Shown here: piece after piece, positions 45,246 to 55,327 of the stretch
Layout: each line of letters begins with the position of its first letter
Position numbering within the stretch: the stretch's first letter is position 1
NCBI GenBank assembly: GCA_049589215.1
Contig: JBAWAI010000584.1
Location: 1-60,865, forward strand
DNA length: 60,865 nucleotides
Direction of reading: 5' to 3'
Origin: Terriglobales bacterium
GTDB lineage: Bacteria; Acidobacteriota; Terriglobia; Terriglobales; Acidobacteriaceae
Program-made: the position numbers and the translations under genes
Notes under the pieces: generated by a model
Told to the model about the DNA's origin: nothing
Database searches by the model: none
The model's input: only the letters and a program-made list of their open reading frames with translations

Positions 45246-47012
45246 TTATTTTAACGGCTCGGTAATTGTGACGATGCGATCCGCTTTCTGATCCCGCAAA
45301 AGCTGGTGAATGCCGCTCGGCCAAAGGATTTCGATCTCTCGAATGGCGTCTGCCGCACCTAGTCCGAAATGTAGCCGCTTGTCGCTGGAGGACTGGTAAC
45401 TGCTGCTGGTGGTCACTGTAGCGAATTGATCGCCGCCAGAGGTGTTTACTCTCACGTGCGCTCCGATCGCATCGCGGTTGCTCTTCACGCCCACCAGGTT
45501 GAGGGTGATCCAGTGGTTCGGCGTGTCTGTTTGATTGAACAACACCCATGCGGGGCCGTCGTTTGAGGTGACGACGGCATCCAGCTTTCCGTCATTATTA
45601 ATATCCCCGACCGCCAGCCCCCGCGCCGCCCAATTCTGATGGAACACATCGCCGGAGGCTGCGGAGACGTCCACGAACTTCTTGCCCTGCTCATTGTGCA
45701 ACAAGAGGGGTGGTTCGCGGTAACGCACATTCGGATCGTACATCTCAATGCTGTCCATCACGTGCGACTGGACGATCAGCAGATCTTTCCAGCCGTCATT
45801 GTCATAGTCGAGAAAGCGTACGCCCCAGCCGGAGTGCAGAAGAGAAATCGCGCTCAGGCCCGTGACCGCGGTTGAATAATCAAACGTGCCGTCTTTCAGG
45901 TTCGTGTAGAGCGCGTATCGCTGGTTCGCAAGATCGGTAATGACGATGTCGGGCCATCCATCATTGTTGTAGTCCTCAAAATCGACGCCCATGCCGGCGA
46001 AGGTGTTGCCGTTGCTATCGAGTCCGGCTCCCGAGGGCAGCCCTACCTCCTCGAATGTCCCGTTGCCGCGGTTGTGAAATAGGAATTCCGGCATCGAGTC
46101 GTTTGCGAGCAGGATGTCCATGAACCCGTCATGATCGTAGTCGGCGATCGCGAGGCCCAAACCTTTTCCCGGCTTGTCAATTCCAGCCTGGTGCGACACT
46201 TCGGTGAACTTCCCATCGCCGTCGTTGTGAAACAAGAGTATCGATTCGGGCTTGAACAGATCGGGATGGCAATAAGAACGGAAACCGTCCTTTCCCGGCC
46301 GCCCGCAGAGGACATCGTCGAAGTCCCACTGCATGTAGCGTGCAACCACCAGGTCAAGGCGCCCGTCGTTGTCGTAGTCGACCCACGCGGCGCTCGTCAT
46401 CCACCCCGACCCAGCAACACCCGCGGCCGCAGTCACGTCCGTGAATGTGCCATCTCCATTGTTGTGGTAGAGCGTGCTGCGCCCGTACCCAGCTACGTAG
46501 AGGTCTTCGAACCCGTCATTGTCGTAGTCACCGACGGCAACGCCTGTGGAGTAGCCGAATCCAGTTAGGCCTGCGCGCTCCGTGACATCTTCGAAGGTCC
46601 CATCCAGCTTCTGGTGATAGAGGCGGTTCCAGTACTTAGGGTCGTCCTTCTTCGGAATCGAGCCTTTCGGCGTTGGATCATCGAGCCGCGCACCGTTGGC
46701 CAAGAAGATGTCGAGGCGGCCGTCATTGTCGTAATCGAACAAAGCTACGCCCGAGCCCATCGTCTCAAGAAGATATTTCTTACGGGTCTGCGAAGCCTGC
46801 TGCCGGAAGTGAATTCCAAGCTTTTCTGTGACGTCGACGAAATGCCCCGGCGTCGGCGAGGCCGGAGAAGCGGCGAAAATCAGCCCGGGTGCGAAGATTG
46901 ACGTCCCGAAGATCGATGTCCCACAGATCGATATCCCAGAGATCGATGTCCCGAAGACCAGCACGATCCCCGACAGCACGGTGCAGATGGCAAACTTCAA
47001 AGGTATTTTCAT
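45246..47012 (-). CDS. CRTAC1-family protein (FG-GAP/VCBS repeats + ASPIC/UnbV C-terminal domain)
   Basis: Repeated DYDNDGxxD motifs (at least seven). C-terminal SYQSSSDKRLHFGLG. Signal peptide. The TPR gene lies 18 nt downstream. Confidence 0.85.
   Translation of the reverse strand: MKIPLKFAICTVLSGIVLVFGTSISGISICGTSIFGTSIFAPGLIFAASPASPTPGHFVDVTEKLGIHFRQQASQTRKKYLLETMGSGVALFDYDNDGRLDIFLANGARLDDPTPKGSIPKKDDPKYWNRLYHQKLDGTFEDVTERAGLTGFGYSTGVAVGDYDNDGFEDLYVAGYGRSTLYHNNGDGTFTDVTAAAGVAGSGWMTSAAWVDYDNDGRLDLVVARYMQWDFDDVLCGRPGKDGFRSYCHPDLFKPESILLFHNDGDGKFTEVSHQAGIDKPGKGLGLAIADYDHDGFMDILLANDSMPEFLFHNRGNGTFEEVGLPSGAGLDSNGNTFAGMGVDFEDYNNDGWPDIVITDLANQRYALYTNLKDGTFDYSTAVTGLSAISLLHSGWGVRFLDYDNDGWKDLLIVQSHVMDSIEMYDPNVRYREPPLLLHNEQGKKFVDVSAASGDVFHQNWAARGLAVGDINNDGKLDAVVTSNDGPAWVLFNQTDTPNHWITLNLVGVKSNRDAIGAHVRVNTSGGDQFATVTTSSSYQSSSDKRLHFGLGAADAIREIEILWPSGIHQLLRDQKADRIVTITEPLK
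46894..46960. repeat. Four-plus tandem 15-bp repeats inside the CRTAC1 N-terminal coding region
   Basis: gaagattgacgtccc / gaagatcgatgtccc / acagatcgatatccc / agagatcgatgtccc plus a partial unit. On the minus strand they encode GTSISGISICGTSIFGTSIF. Confidence 0.8.
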
Positions 47013-47274
47013 GAGAAGGAATCAATGGCTGGTAGCCGCCAGTTTAGCGCCTCTCGGGCGCTCTTGCGCAGGCATTGCCGAATCCCTGATCCGGAAACAG
47101 TGATCGAAGTGCCAAGCCTCTAATCCTCATAAAAGAACAAATTTTAGATCGTTTTTGGTGCAAAAGAAACAAAATCATTGACTCTTGCGTCCGAACCGCA
47201 TTACGATTCCGAGGGCTAAGTTCGCACACTATCAATTCAGTATTGAACTTAAACGACGCTGGAGGGGGATTGCC

Positions 47275-50200
47275 ATGAGGCAAATTGCGCAGTTATCGGG
47301 AACGGTATGGGCCAAGAGAGCCTTTCATGCGATTGCATTGCTCGCGGTCATTGTTTTCGGCGCGCTGCCGATGCTTGCCCAGTTCGACACTGGCACGATC
47401 ACCGGCACGGTGACGGATGCCTCCGGAGCGATCGTTGCGAGTGCGTCGATCACGGTGACAAACGTCGGCACCGGATTTCAAAAGACCTTGGTCACAAATC
47501 AGACTGGCAATTTCGTGGCTTCCTCATTGCCGTACGGAACCTATGTGGTCGCGACCCACGCCACCGGATTCGCAGAAAGCAAGAGCCAGCCAGTTTTGCT
47601 CAGCGTCGGCGCGACCGTGCAAGTGAATTTGACACTTGCAGTGGCGGCGTCCCAGGAGAGCGTTCAAGTTAACGGCACGGCTACGACGGTTGATACATCA
47701 TCGAGCATGACCGGCACAACGCTGGACTCGGCTCAGATTGCCAACCTGCCAATCAATGGACGGGATGTAAGCGAATTCCTCGAAATCGCCCCCGGATCGG
47801 TGGACTCGACGGGATACTTCCAGGGCAGCGTCAACGGGATGGAGAATATTTTTACCGGCCTGAACATTACGCTCGACGGCCAGAGCGCGATGCGAGGCGA
47901 CATCAATGGATTCCTGGATACGGAAGGCCAGGAAGCCGCGCGCATCACGCGAGCCAGCGTGGATAGCATCCAGGAAATTGATTACTCAAATAGCGGCTAC
48001 ACGGCGGAAACTGGTCATTCGCTTGGCCCACAGATGAACATCATCACAAAATCCGGCACGAACGCTTTTCATGGCACAGTGTTTGAGTACCTCCGCAACG
48101 ACGCGGTAGACGCGAAAGACTACTTTGCGACCGCGAGCGAGCCTTTGAGGCTTAACCAGTTTGGCGGAAACTTGGGCGGCCCGCTCATCAAGAATAAGGT
48201 GTTCTTTTTCGCGAACTACGAGGGTGACCGGACGCATGTCACTCTTTTCAACGCTCTGAACCATACATTGAGCGCGGCCGCACGAGAGCAGTTCGTGCCG
48301 GCCATGCAGCCAGTGTTGGCGCAGTTTGCGCCGATTCCGGCGGGCTGTAACGCTATTCCGGCTCCTGCTCAATGTGTGGGTACCGGGACTACAATGTTGA
48401 ACTTTCCAGACCCGAATCCAGCCCTGGGTTCGGACATGATCTACGATCCGGCGGTGCTGCCCAATATTCTTCGGGAAGATACAGGCTCTGTGAGGCTCGA
48501 TTACAACGTTTCACAGAAGGACCGGGTTTTCTTCCGTTACAACATCAACGATTCGAACACTCTCTATACCTACGGCATGAACGAAGGCCAGGTGTCACCG
48601 CAGGCACTGAGAACACAATTGGCCAAGATCGATGAGACTCACACCTTCACTCCGACCTTGCTGAATGAATTCAGCGTTGCCATCAACCGTTTCTACTCGA
48701 ATACGAATTCAGACACTCCGACGCCACTCGCCGGCTTCGCAGGTTTTTTCACGGACATGGGTTCGCTGCCCGGACCGAACACATTCAATCAGATCACTCC
48801 GTTCACTGACCTTGAGATTTTTGACAATGTATCCAAGACCATCGGGAGACACACGCTACATTTTGGCACGCAGATTCGATTTAACCGGAACAATGAGTGG
48901 CTGCGCCCGCAACAAACCTACGATTTCGCCGCCGAGAGTCCTCAGATAATTAGCGATCTCCTGAACGACAATGTGTTTGTGCTGCAAAAAATCGGATTCC
49001 CAGGGTTTGTTGGCAACCGCAATTCCAACTGGGATTTCTATGTCCAGGACGATTGGAAAGTGAATAACAGACTCACTTTGAATCTTGGACTCCGGTACGA
49101 CTACAACACGGTGTGGACGACCGGGGCGAATCAGGGACAAAACTTCGATGTGGCTACCCAGGCCCTACTTCCGCTCAACCAAAAAGCATACAGCGCTCCG
49201 AAAGGCGACTGGGCGCCCCGCGTGGGTTTCGCATGGGACCCGAACGGCAAAGGAAAGACCGTTGTTCATGCGTACGCTGGGCTTTTCTACAATCCAATGC
49301 ACTTCAACTTTGCCACAACGACGAACGTGCCCGCGCTCGCGAGCTACAGTGACAATTTCTTTCAGGCATCGATCGACTATCCTTCGCCCAATCCTCCGCT
49401 CATTGCCGGAACGCAAAACGTAAACGCATTCCCGACGCATCCCAAAGACCCCGTGTCGACAAATTGGTTGTTCGGCATCCAGCAGGAAGTGGCGCGCAAC
49501 ACCATCCTGACGATCAACTACGTCGGCAATAACGCGCACCATATGCAGTCCGGCGTTGACTTCGCCTCCCTGAACGCCAACCCGGCAAACGTCTTCACCG
49601 ATGCTCGTCCATATTTGGGCTTTGCGAATGAGGATGTTCTCGCTGACGCACTCGGCTCCCACTACAATGCCCTGCAAGTCACGTTGAAGCGCAAGGTCGG
49701 AAGACTGGATCTTGAGGCGAACTACGCCTGGTCCCACGAAATCGACGATATGCTCAACGTCTTCAGCCCAGGCTTCGAGGATCCGTATACTCCGGCCTTC
49801 GATCGCGGCAGTGGGGATTGGGACGTACGGCACAATCTGACTGGCAGCGCGCTCTACAGCCTGCCCGAACTGAAGGGTTCGAACGCTTTCGTTCAGAAAG
49901 CGCTGGGCGGGTGGCAAACGCAAGGGATTATCCAGACGCGATCGGGACTTCCAACGAACATTACGCTGGTGAGCGGATTCTTTGGCAATCCTGTGCGTCC
50001 AGACTACGTATCCGGCCAGCCCTTATGGGTTCCGAACCATAGTTGGCCAGGTTCGAGCTACAACATTAATGCCTTTGCCATCGAACCGACGTACGACGGG
50101 ACTCCGGGTGACACAATCGGAACTGTCGGACGCAACGCTCTGCGCGGTCCGGCGTTCTTCCAACTCGACATGTCCGAAGCCAAGAACTTCGCCATCACCG

Positions 50201-50421
50201 AAAGGGTGACGATGCAGTTCCGGGCGGAGATTTTCAACCTCTTCAACCATCCGAATTTCAGCGGTCCTGATGGTGGAATCTGCACGGCGGTTGGGGCCGG
50301 AACTTGCACTCCAAACGGCAATTTCGGTCGCGTCGGCCAAACCATCGCAGATGCAGACGGAACGCAAATCGGAGGCGGCACCGCGCGGCAAGTCCAGTTC
50401 GCGCTCAGATTCACTTTCTAA
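47275..50421 (+). CDS. TonB-dependent receptor with N-terminal carboxypeptidase-regulatory-like domain
   Basis: GGAGGGGG RBS. Signal peptide. ITGTVTDASGAIVASASITVTNVGTG. Plug and large barrel ending in FALRFTF. Confidence 0.88.
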   Translation: MRQIAQLSGTVWAKRAFHAIALLAVIVFGALPMLAQFDTGTITGTVTDASGAIVASASITVTNVGTGFQKTLVTNQTGNFVASSLPYGTYVVATHATGFAESKSQPVLLSVGATVQVNLTLAVAASQESVQVNGTATTVDTSSSMTGTTLDSAQIANLPINGRDVSEFLEIAPGSVDSTGYFQGSVNGMENIFTGLNITLDGQSAMRGDINGFLDTEGQEAARITRASVDSIQEIDYSNSGYTAETGHSLGPQMNIITKSGTNAFHGTVFEYLRNDAVDAKDYFATASEPLRLNQFGGNLGGPLIKNKVFFFANYEGDRTHVTLFNALNHTLSAAAREQFVPAMQPVLAQFAPIPAGCNAIPAPAQCVGTGTTMLNFPDPNPALGSDMIYDPAVLPNILREDTGSVRLDYNVSQKDRVFFRYNINDSNTLYTYGMNEGQVSPQALRTQLAKIDETHTFTPTLLNEFSVAINRFYSNTNSDTPTPLAGFAGFFTDMGSLPGPNTFNQITPFTDLEIFDNVSKTIGRHTLHFGTQIRFNRNNEWLRPQQTYDFAAESPQIISDLLNDNVFVLQKIGFPGFVGNRNSNWDFYVQDDWKVNNRLTLNLGLRYDYNTVWTTGANQGQNFDVATQALLPLNQKAYSAPKGDWAPRVGFAWDPNGKGKTVVHAYAGLFYNPMHFNFATTTNVPALASYSDNFFQASIDYPSPNPPLIAGTQNVNAFPTHPKDPVSTNWLFGIQQEVARNTILTINYVGNNAHHMQSGVDFASLNANPANVFTDARPYLGFANEDVLADALGSHYNALQVTLKRKVGRLDLEANYAWSHEIDDMLNVFSPGFEDPYTPAFDRGSGDWDVRHNLTGSALYSLPELKGSNAFVQKALGGWQTQGIIQTRSGLPTNITLVSGFFGNPVRPDYVSGQPLWVPNHSWPGSSYNINAFAIEPTYDGTPGDTIGTVGRNALRGPAFFQLDMSEAKNFAITERVTMQFRAEIFNLFNHPNFSGPDGGICTAVGAGTCTPNGNFGRVGQTIADADGTQIGGGTARQVQFALRFTF

Positions 50422-50443
50422 TCACTCAGCCCCCGCTTACCAC

Positions 50444-50468
50444 GGCAGCGACCTCGACCGTCGCTGCC
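50444..50468 (+). terminator. 9-bp perfect hairpin after the TonB receptor gene (weak U-tract)
   Basis: GGCAGCGAC-ctcgacc-GTCGCTGCC followed by GTATCTTC. Confidence 0.45.
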
Positions 50469-50507
50469 GTATCTTCAAGATCAAACACCAGCCCCGCCCG
50501 AGGATAG

Positions 50508-52268
50508 ATGCCGAAGCCGTATATCTCGAATTACGATAAGCATCCCGTGGTTCGCGTGTCGGACTCGCGGGATGGCTGCGAGATGGGCTGGGACGGGATT
50601 GGCGGGCTTCTGAAGGCGAGCGTACGGCCCGGACGTTTCGTGATTTGCGTCGAGTGCTACCCCGGCTGCTTTGAAAAGGATATTGAAAAACAGCTGGTCA
50701 GCGCGCTCCAGCCTCAGATCGTGCTGCGCGCTGACGAGTGTTACTTGCCCGAGAACGCCATTCAATCTCTCTGTGCGCGCGATCTCGGCGACGATCCCGT
50801 GTTCGCCTTCATGGGCAAGTATGAACTGTCGGAATTTCTCGACGAAGCCAAGCTTGAGAAACAACGAAGCCGCCTGCGGCAGGCATCGGGCCCCGCGATC
50901 GTCATTGGCACCGGCGCAACACTTCTTGCCCAGCAGTGGGACCTGCTCGTCTATTGCGACATGGCGAGGTGGGAGATCCAGCAGCGTCAGCGAGTCGGCG
51001 AAGTTACGAACCTTGGGTTGCAGAATGCCACAGAACGTCCGCAGGCAAAGTATAAGCGAGCCTATTTCGTCGACTGGCGCGTCGCCGACCGGCTAAAGAG
51101 AGATCTGATTCCGAGAATCGATTTCCTGCTGGACACGAATCAACGCGACCAGCCGAAGATGATCACCGGGGCGCAGCATCTGGAGGGATTAAAGAGCGCA
51201 GCGCACAGGCCGTTTCGCGTAGTGCCTTTTTTCGATCCCGGGCCATGGGGCGGACAGTGGATGAAAGAAGTGTGCGACTTGCCGCGGGAGGCCGAGAATT
51301 ACGCGTGGTGCTTTGATTGCGTACCGGAAGAGAACAGTCTCCTGCTTGGCTTCGGCGATGTTAGCGTAGAGATTCCATCCATTAATGTGGTATTTCAACG
51401 TCCGCATGAGTTACTCGGCGAGGCGGTACATGCGCGCTTTGGAACCGAGTTTCCGATCCGCTTCGATTTTCTCGATACGATGGATGGCGGCAATCTTTCT
51501 TTTCAGGTGCACCCGCTTACCGAGTACATCCAACAGCAGTTTGGAATTCACTATACGCAGGATGAGAGTTACTACATGCTGGATGCGGGCGAGGGAGGGT
51601 GTGTATACCTGGGCCTGAAAGAGAACATCGACAGCAAACAAATGACGGCTGACTTGCTGCAAGCGCAGGAAGGCACGATGCAATTTGATGCCGATAAGTA
51701 CGTCAACCGGTTTCCCGCCAAGAAGCACGACCACTTTCTGATTCCTGCCGGAACTCCGCACTGCTCGGGCAAGAACAGCATGGTGCTTGAAATCAGTGCC
51801 ACTCCGTATATCTTCACCTTCAAAATGTGGGACTGGGGGCGGCTCGGCATGGATGGCACTCCTCGGCCAATCCATCTCCAGCATGGTTTTCGAAACATCC
51901 AGTGGGACCGGATAACACCGTGGGTCGAGAAGAATCTCGTCAACGCGGTTGTGCCCGTCGCCAGAGGCTCCGGCTGGCGAGAAGAACGCACCGGGCTTCA
52001 CGAACGTGAGTTCATCGAAACGCGGCGGCACTGGTTCACCGCGCCGGTCCATCACTCCACTGACGGCGGAGTGAATGTCCTGAATCTTTGCGAGGGGCGT
52101 GAAGCCATAGTCGAAAGCCCGAGCGGACAGTTCCCGCCGTACGTCGTCCACTACGCGGAGACCTTTGTTGTTCCAGCCGCCGTGGGCAACTACGTGATTC
52201 GTCCACACGGTCCTTCTGAAGGGCAACAATGCGCCACGATCAAAGCCTATGTGCGCACCAGCGCGTAA
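50508..52268 (+). CDS. Class I mannose-6-phosphate isomerase-like cupin protein with a ~200-aa N-terminal extra domain
   Basis: PWGGQW, LSFQVHP and LEISATPYIFTFKMWDWGR motifs typical of type I PMI. Confidence 0.7.
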   Translation: MPKPYISNYDKHPVVRVSDSRDGCEMGWDGIGGLLKASVRPGRFVICVECYPGCFEKDIEKQLVSALQPQIVLRADECYLPENAIQSLCARDLGDDPVFAFMGKYELSEFLDEAKLEKQRSRLRQASGPAIVIGTGATLLAQQWDLLVYCDMARWEIQQRQRVGEVTNLGLQNATERPQAKYKRAYFVDWRVADRLKRDLIPRIDFLLDTNQRDQPKMITGAQHLEGLKSAAHRPFRVVPFFDPGPWGGQWMKEVCDLPREAENYAWCFDCVPEENSLLLGFGDVSVEIPSINVVFQRPHELLGEAVHARFGTEFPIRFDFLDTMDGGNLSFQVHPLTEYIQQQFGIHYTQDESYYMLDAGEGGCVYLGLKENIDSKQMTADLLQAQEGTMQFDADKYVNRFPAKKHDHFLIPAGTPHCSGKNSMVLEISATPYIFTFKMWDWGRLGMDGTPRPIHLQHGFRNIQWDRITPWVEKNLVNAVVPVARGSGWREERTGLHEREFIETRRHWFTAPVHHSTDGGVNVLNLCEGREAIVESPSGQFPPYVVHYAETFVVPAAVGNYVIRPHGPSEGQQCATIKAYVRTSA

Positions 52269-52302
52269 CAGGAAATTTCATTCTCACCCGGTGAAACGCC
52301 TT

Positions 52303-53217
52303 ATGAAATCAGCACTTTCTTTCTGCCTCATTCTGCTTTGTGTGTTGTGTTCTTTCCCTGCCTTCTCTCAAGAGAAGACTGCACCACTTTCCGACACCGC
52401 GCGCTGGGCCTCCACGTTCAATGGGCAATACTGGATTCAACCTGACATTACCTATGGCGTCGCAAACAACTACACGCTGAAGCTCGACGTGTGGCAGCGG
52501 ACAAATCAAAAAACCGCCGCGCCGACTTTGATCTATTACCACGGCGGTGGATGGGTCTTCGGCGACCGCACTGGCTCAACACTTCTTTTTCTACCGTTCC
52601 TGGAGATGGGCTGGAATGTCATCAACGTTGAATACCGAATGGCGAACGTTTCGCTCGCACCCGCAGCCGTCGAGGACTGCCGTTGCGCTCTGCGCTGGGC
52701 GGTGAGGAATGCCAAGCAGTACAACATCGACGTCAATCGCATAGTTTTGACCGGCCACTCCGCGGGCGGACATCTGTCGTTGATCACGGGGATGCTCCCC
52801 GAAGGCACCGGGCTCGATAATGAGTGCGACGGAGACGAAAAACTAAAAGTTGCCGCCATTATCAACTGGTATGGCATCAGCGACGTTGCCGATCTGTTGC
52901 AGGGTCCGAATCGGAGGAACTACGCGGCGATGTGGTTGGGCAGCCAACCCGATCAACTCACCATTGCAAAGCGAGTTTCGCCACTTACCTACGTTCGCGC
53001 CGGGCTCCCGCCGATCTTGAGCATTCACGGAGACGCGGATCCCGTCGTGCCTTATGAGCAATCCGTGCGACTGCACAAGGCACTCAGTGCGGCGGGTGTG
53101 CCAAACGAACTGGTGACGATCAAAGGGGGCGCCCATGGGCAGTTTACGGATGCGGAACTGGAAGATGCCTATCAAAAGATCCACGCATTTTTGCACGCCC
53201 ATGGCCTGCTGCCCTAG
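52303..53217 (+). CDS. Secreted alpha/beta-hydrolase (esterase/lipase, HGGG class)
   Basis: Signal peptide, YYHGGGW oxyanion motif, GHSAGG nucleophile elbow, HGDADPVVP. Confidence 0.85.
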   Translation: MKSALSFCLILLCVLCSFPAFSQEKTAPLSDTARWASTFNGQYWIQPDITYGVANNYTLKLDVWQRTNQKTAAPTLIYYHGGGWVFGDRTGSTLLFLPFLEMGWNVINVEYRMANVSLAPAAVEDCRCALRWAVRNAKQYNIDVNRIVLTGHSAGGHLSLITGMLPEGTGLDNECDGDEKLKVAAIINWYGISDVADLLQGPNRRNYAAMWLGSQPDQLTIAKRVSPLTYVRAGLPPILSIHGDADPVVPYEQSVRLHKALSAAGVPNELVTIKGGAHGQFTDAELEDAYQKIHAFLHAHGLLP

Positions 53218-53219
53218 GC

Positions 53220-54395
53220 CTAAGAGTCCCGCTTCCCGCGTTGAAGCTTGATCTCGTCGTCGCCATCCCCGCGACCGTTATTCCCTTGCACGACGAGAGT
53301 GTTCCCGACCTGCCGGATATCTACAATCTGAGACCATCGAGAAGGCGCTGGATGAAGGAATAGATCGTACTGCGCCTGAAGGCACGCATTTGGCGAGATG
53401 GAACAAAGCACAGGTGTATCGAACAAGCGTCGCATTTCGCGAGCGTGCGCAAGCCCAAGCGGCATGGGACTTGTGCCGAACTCAACACCGCGAACTCTCG
53501 TTCTTTTGTTCCACGGAGAATCCGTGCGCGCGCGGTTTTCCTCCCATAGAACAACCCATGGAAAAAGATCGGGATTAAAGCAATATCCTGCGACGAGCCG
53601 GTGACGCCGGTTGTGGACGGCGATGAATGCATCCCCACGATCCGAGTCGGTGAGCAAGGCCGCGACAAAGCCAGTTCCATCGCGCACGAACGGTTGCGCG
53701 AGATCGAACGGCTCACCATCGATGGATTCCGCATACGGCCACTGGAATTCGGCGTCGCTCTTAAGAACTTCGTGACCCTCGTATCCCGCAGGCCATGTGA
53801 CTCCGCGCCTGCCCGATAGAAACAGCGCAGCCTCGTCCTTCGCGAAGAATGGTTCACCAAAAGCTGCGTGCTGCACCCATTGAAACTCGACCGCGGAGTC
53901 GCTTAAATTGGTGACAACTTCCGTAACGGAAGCGGCGAACGCATTTCGCGACAGGTAAATTTCACGCCGAAGGCGCAGATGGTAAACGGGAAGGGTAACC
54001 TGCATCACCAACGTAGTGGAATCAGCGTCGGCAACTGCCGAGTCAACGGTCCACGCCAAGTTGGCCGCTTCGCCGTGCAGTGCCATTCCTCGTTCGGCTT
54101 CTTCCGCGGACGGCATCCCAAAATACCCGAGCGCCAGAGCATGTCCGGAGTAGCCGCACAGAAAGCGCCCGACCGGGCCGTCACCGTAGAGTGCCGCGTG
54201 CTCGCGAGAAGAAAATGTCTGCGGTTCAATCGTCGGCCACGGTGGCTCCCAAAGAACATTGATCGCGGAACCGAGGAGACGAAAATCCGCAATGTGCCCG
54301 CCGCCAACAAGCACTGTGAGTTCGACCTTGGCATTGGACAAACGATATGCCCGGCGACCATTCCACAGCACGGGACCAACAGCGCATCGCGACAT
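53220..54395 (-). CDS. Galactose-mutarotase-like fold protein (putative aldose epimerase; family uncertain)
   Basis: 391-aa ORF with a beta-rich pattern reminiscent of aldose-1-epimerase/DUF4432 proteins. Assigned by context and weak similarity only. Confidence 0.5.
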   Translation of the reverse strand: MSRCAVGPVLWNGRRAYRLSNAKVELTVLVGGGHIADFRLLGSAINVLWEPPWPTIEPQTFSSREHAALYGDGPVGRFLCGYSGHALALGYFGMPSAEEAERGMALHGEAANLAWTVDSAVADADSTTLVMQVTLPVYHLRLRREIYLSRNAFAASVTEVVTNLSDSAVEFQWVQHAAFGEPFFAKDEAALFLSGRRGVTWPAGYEGHEVLKSDAEFQWPYAESIDGEPFDLAQPFVRDGTGFVAALLTDSDRGDAFIAVHNRRHRLVAGYCFNPDLFPWVVLWEENRARTDSPWNKRTRVRGVEFGTSPMPLGLAHAREMRRLFDTPVLCSISPNACLQAQYDLFLHPAPSRWSQIVDIRQVGNTLVVQGNNGRGDGDDEIKLQRGKRDS

Positions 54396-54511
54396 TCAGA
54401 TACCGAGCCCTCCATCAACAGCCTCGCGCTCGAATCGGTGCAGGGTGGAACCGCGCGCGTTCTTGCAAGGTGCGGCGGCTCCGGCAATTACTGCGCTCTT
54501 GCTGTGGAGAT

Positions 54512-55327
54512 TCATTTGCGGGTTGCAGCTCCGGTGCCGCCCTCCTGAAAGCCCATGCCACCGGCAGGCACCAGCATGCCGCCATCCACGAGCAACGCAG
54601 CACCGGTAATGAACGACGCCATTGGAGACGCGAGATAAGCGATGGCATCCGCTACCTCTTCCGGTTTTCCAATGCGCCCCAGCGGATGCATGTGATCACA
54701 GGTCTGGATCACCTTGTCGGGATCGTCAGATAGTCCAGCCGCCCAACGGAGCATCGGGGTGTCGATCGCGCCGGGGCACACGCAATTCACACGAATGCCT
54801 TTCTGCGCATAATCGAGCGACATAGCGCGAGTTAGTCCCAATAAGCCATGCTTTGAGGCGACATAGGCGATGGAGTTACTAATTGCCGTCATACTTTGCA
54901 CCGAACCAACAATCACGATAGCGCCGCCGCGCCCGACCATATGTGGAACCACATACTTCGCAACCAGGAAGCATCCCTTGAGGTTGATCCCCATCAGCCT
55001 GTCCCAGTCTTCTTCGCTGGTTGTGACTGCGTCGCCATAGAGCTGAATTCCCGCGTTGCTGATTAATATGTCGAGCGCTCCGTACTTACTAACTACAGCA
55101 TTGACCGCCTGCGACACTTCTTTGCCGGCACTTACATCGCACGGAAAGAACTCGCAGACATATCCGCTCTTCGCGATTGCAGCGGCACTGTCTTGCCCTG
55201 CACTGCGGTCACGGTCGAAGATAGCAACCGACGCTCCAAGTCCGGCGAGTTTTCGCGCAGTGGCCTCTCCAATACCCATCGCGCCGCCAGTCACAATAGC
55301 GACTTTGCCTGTGAAATCAAGATTCAT
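54512..55327 (-). CDS. Classical short-chain dehydrogenase/reductase
   Basis: TGGAMGIG, NAG and YVASKHG motifs. ATGA overlap with the GH38 stop. Confidence 0.9.
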   Translation of the reverse strand: MNLDFTGKVAIVTGGAMGIGEATARKLAGLGASVAIFDRDRSAGQDSAAAIAKSGYVCEFFPCDVSAGKEVSQAVNAVVSKYGALDILISNAGIQLYGDAVTTSEEDWDRLMGINLKGCFLVAKYVVPHMVGRGGAIVIVGSVQSMTAISNSIAYVASKHGLLGLTRAMSLDYAQKGIRVNCVCPGAIDTPMLRWAAGLSDDPDKVIQTCDHMHPLGRIGKPEEVADAIAYLASPMASFITGAALLVDGGMLVPAGGMGFQEGGTGAATRK

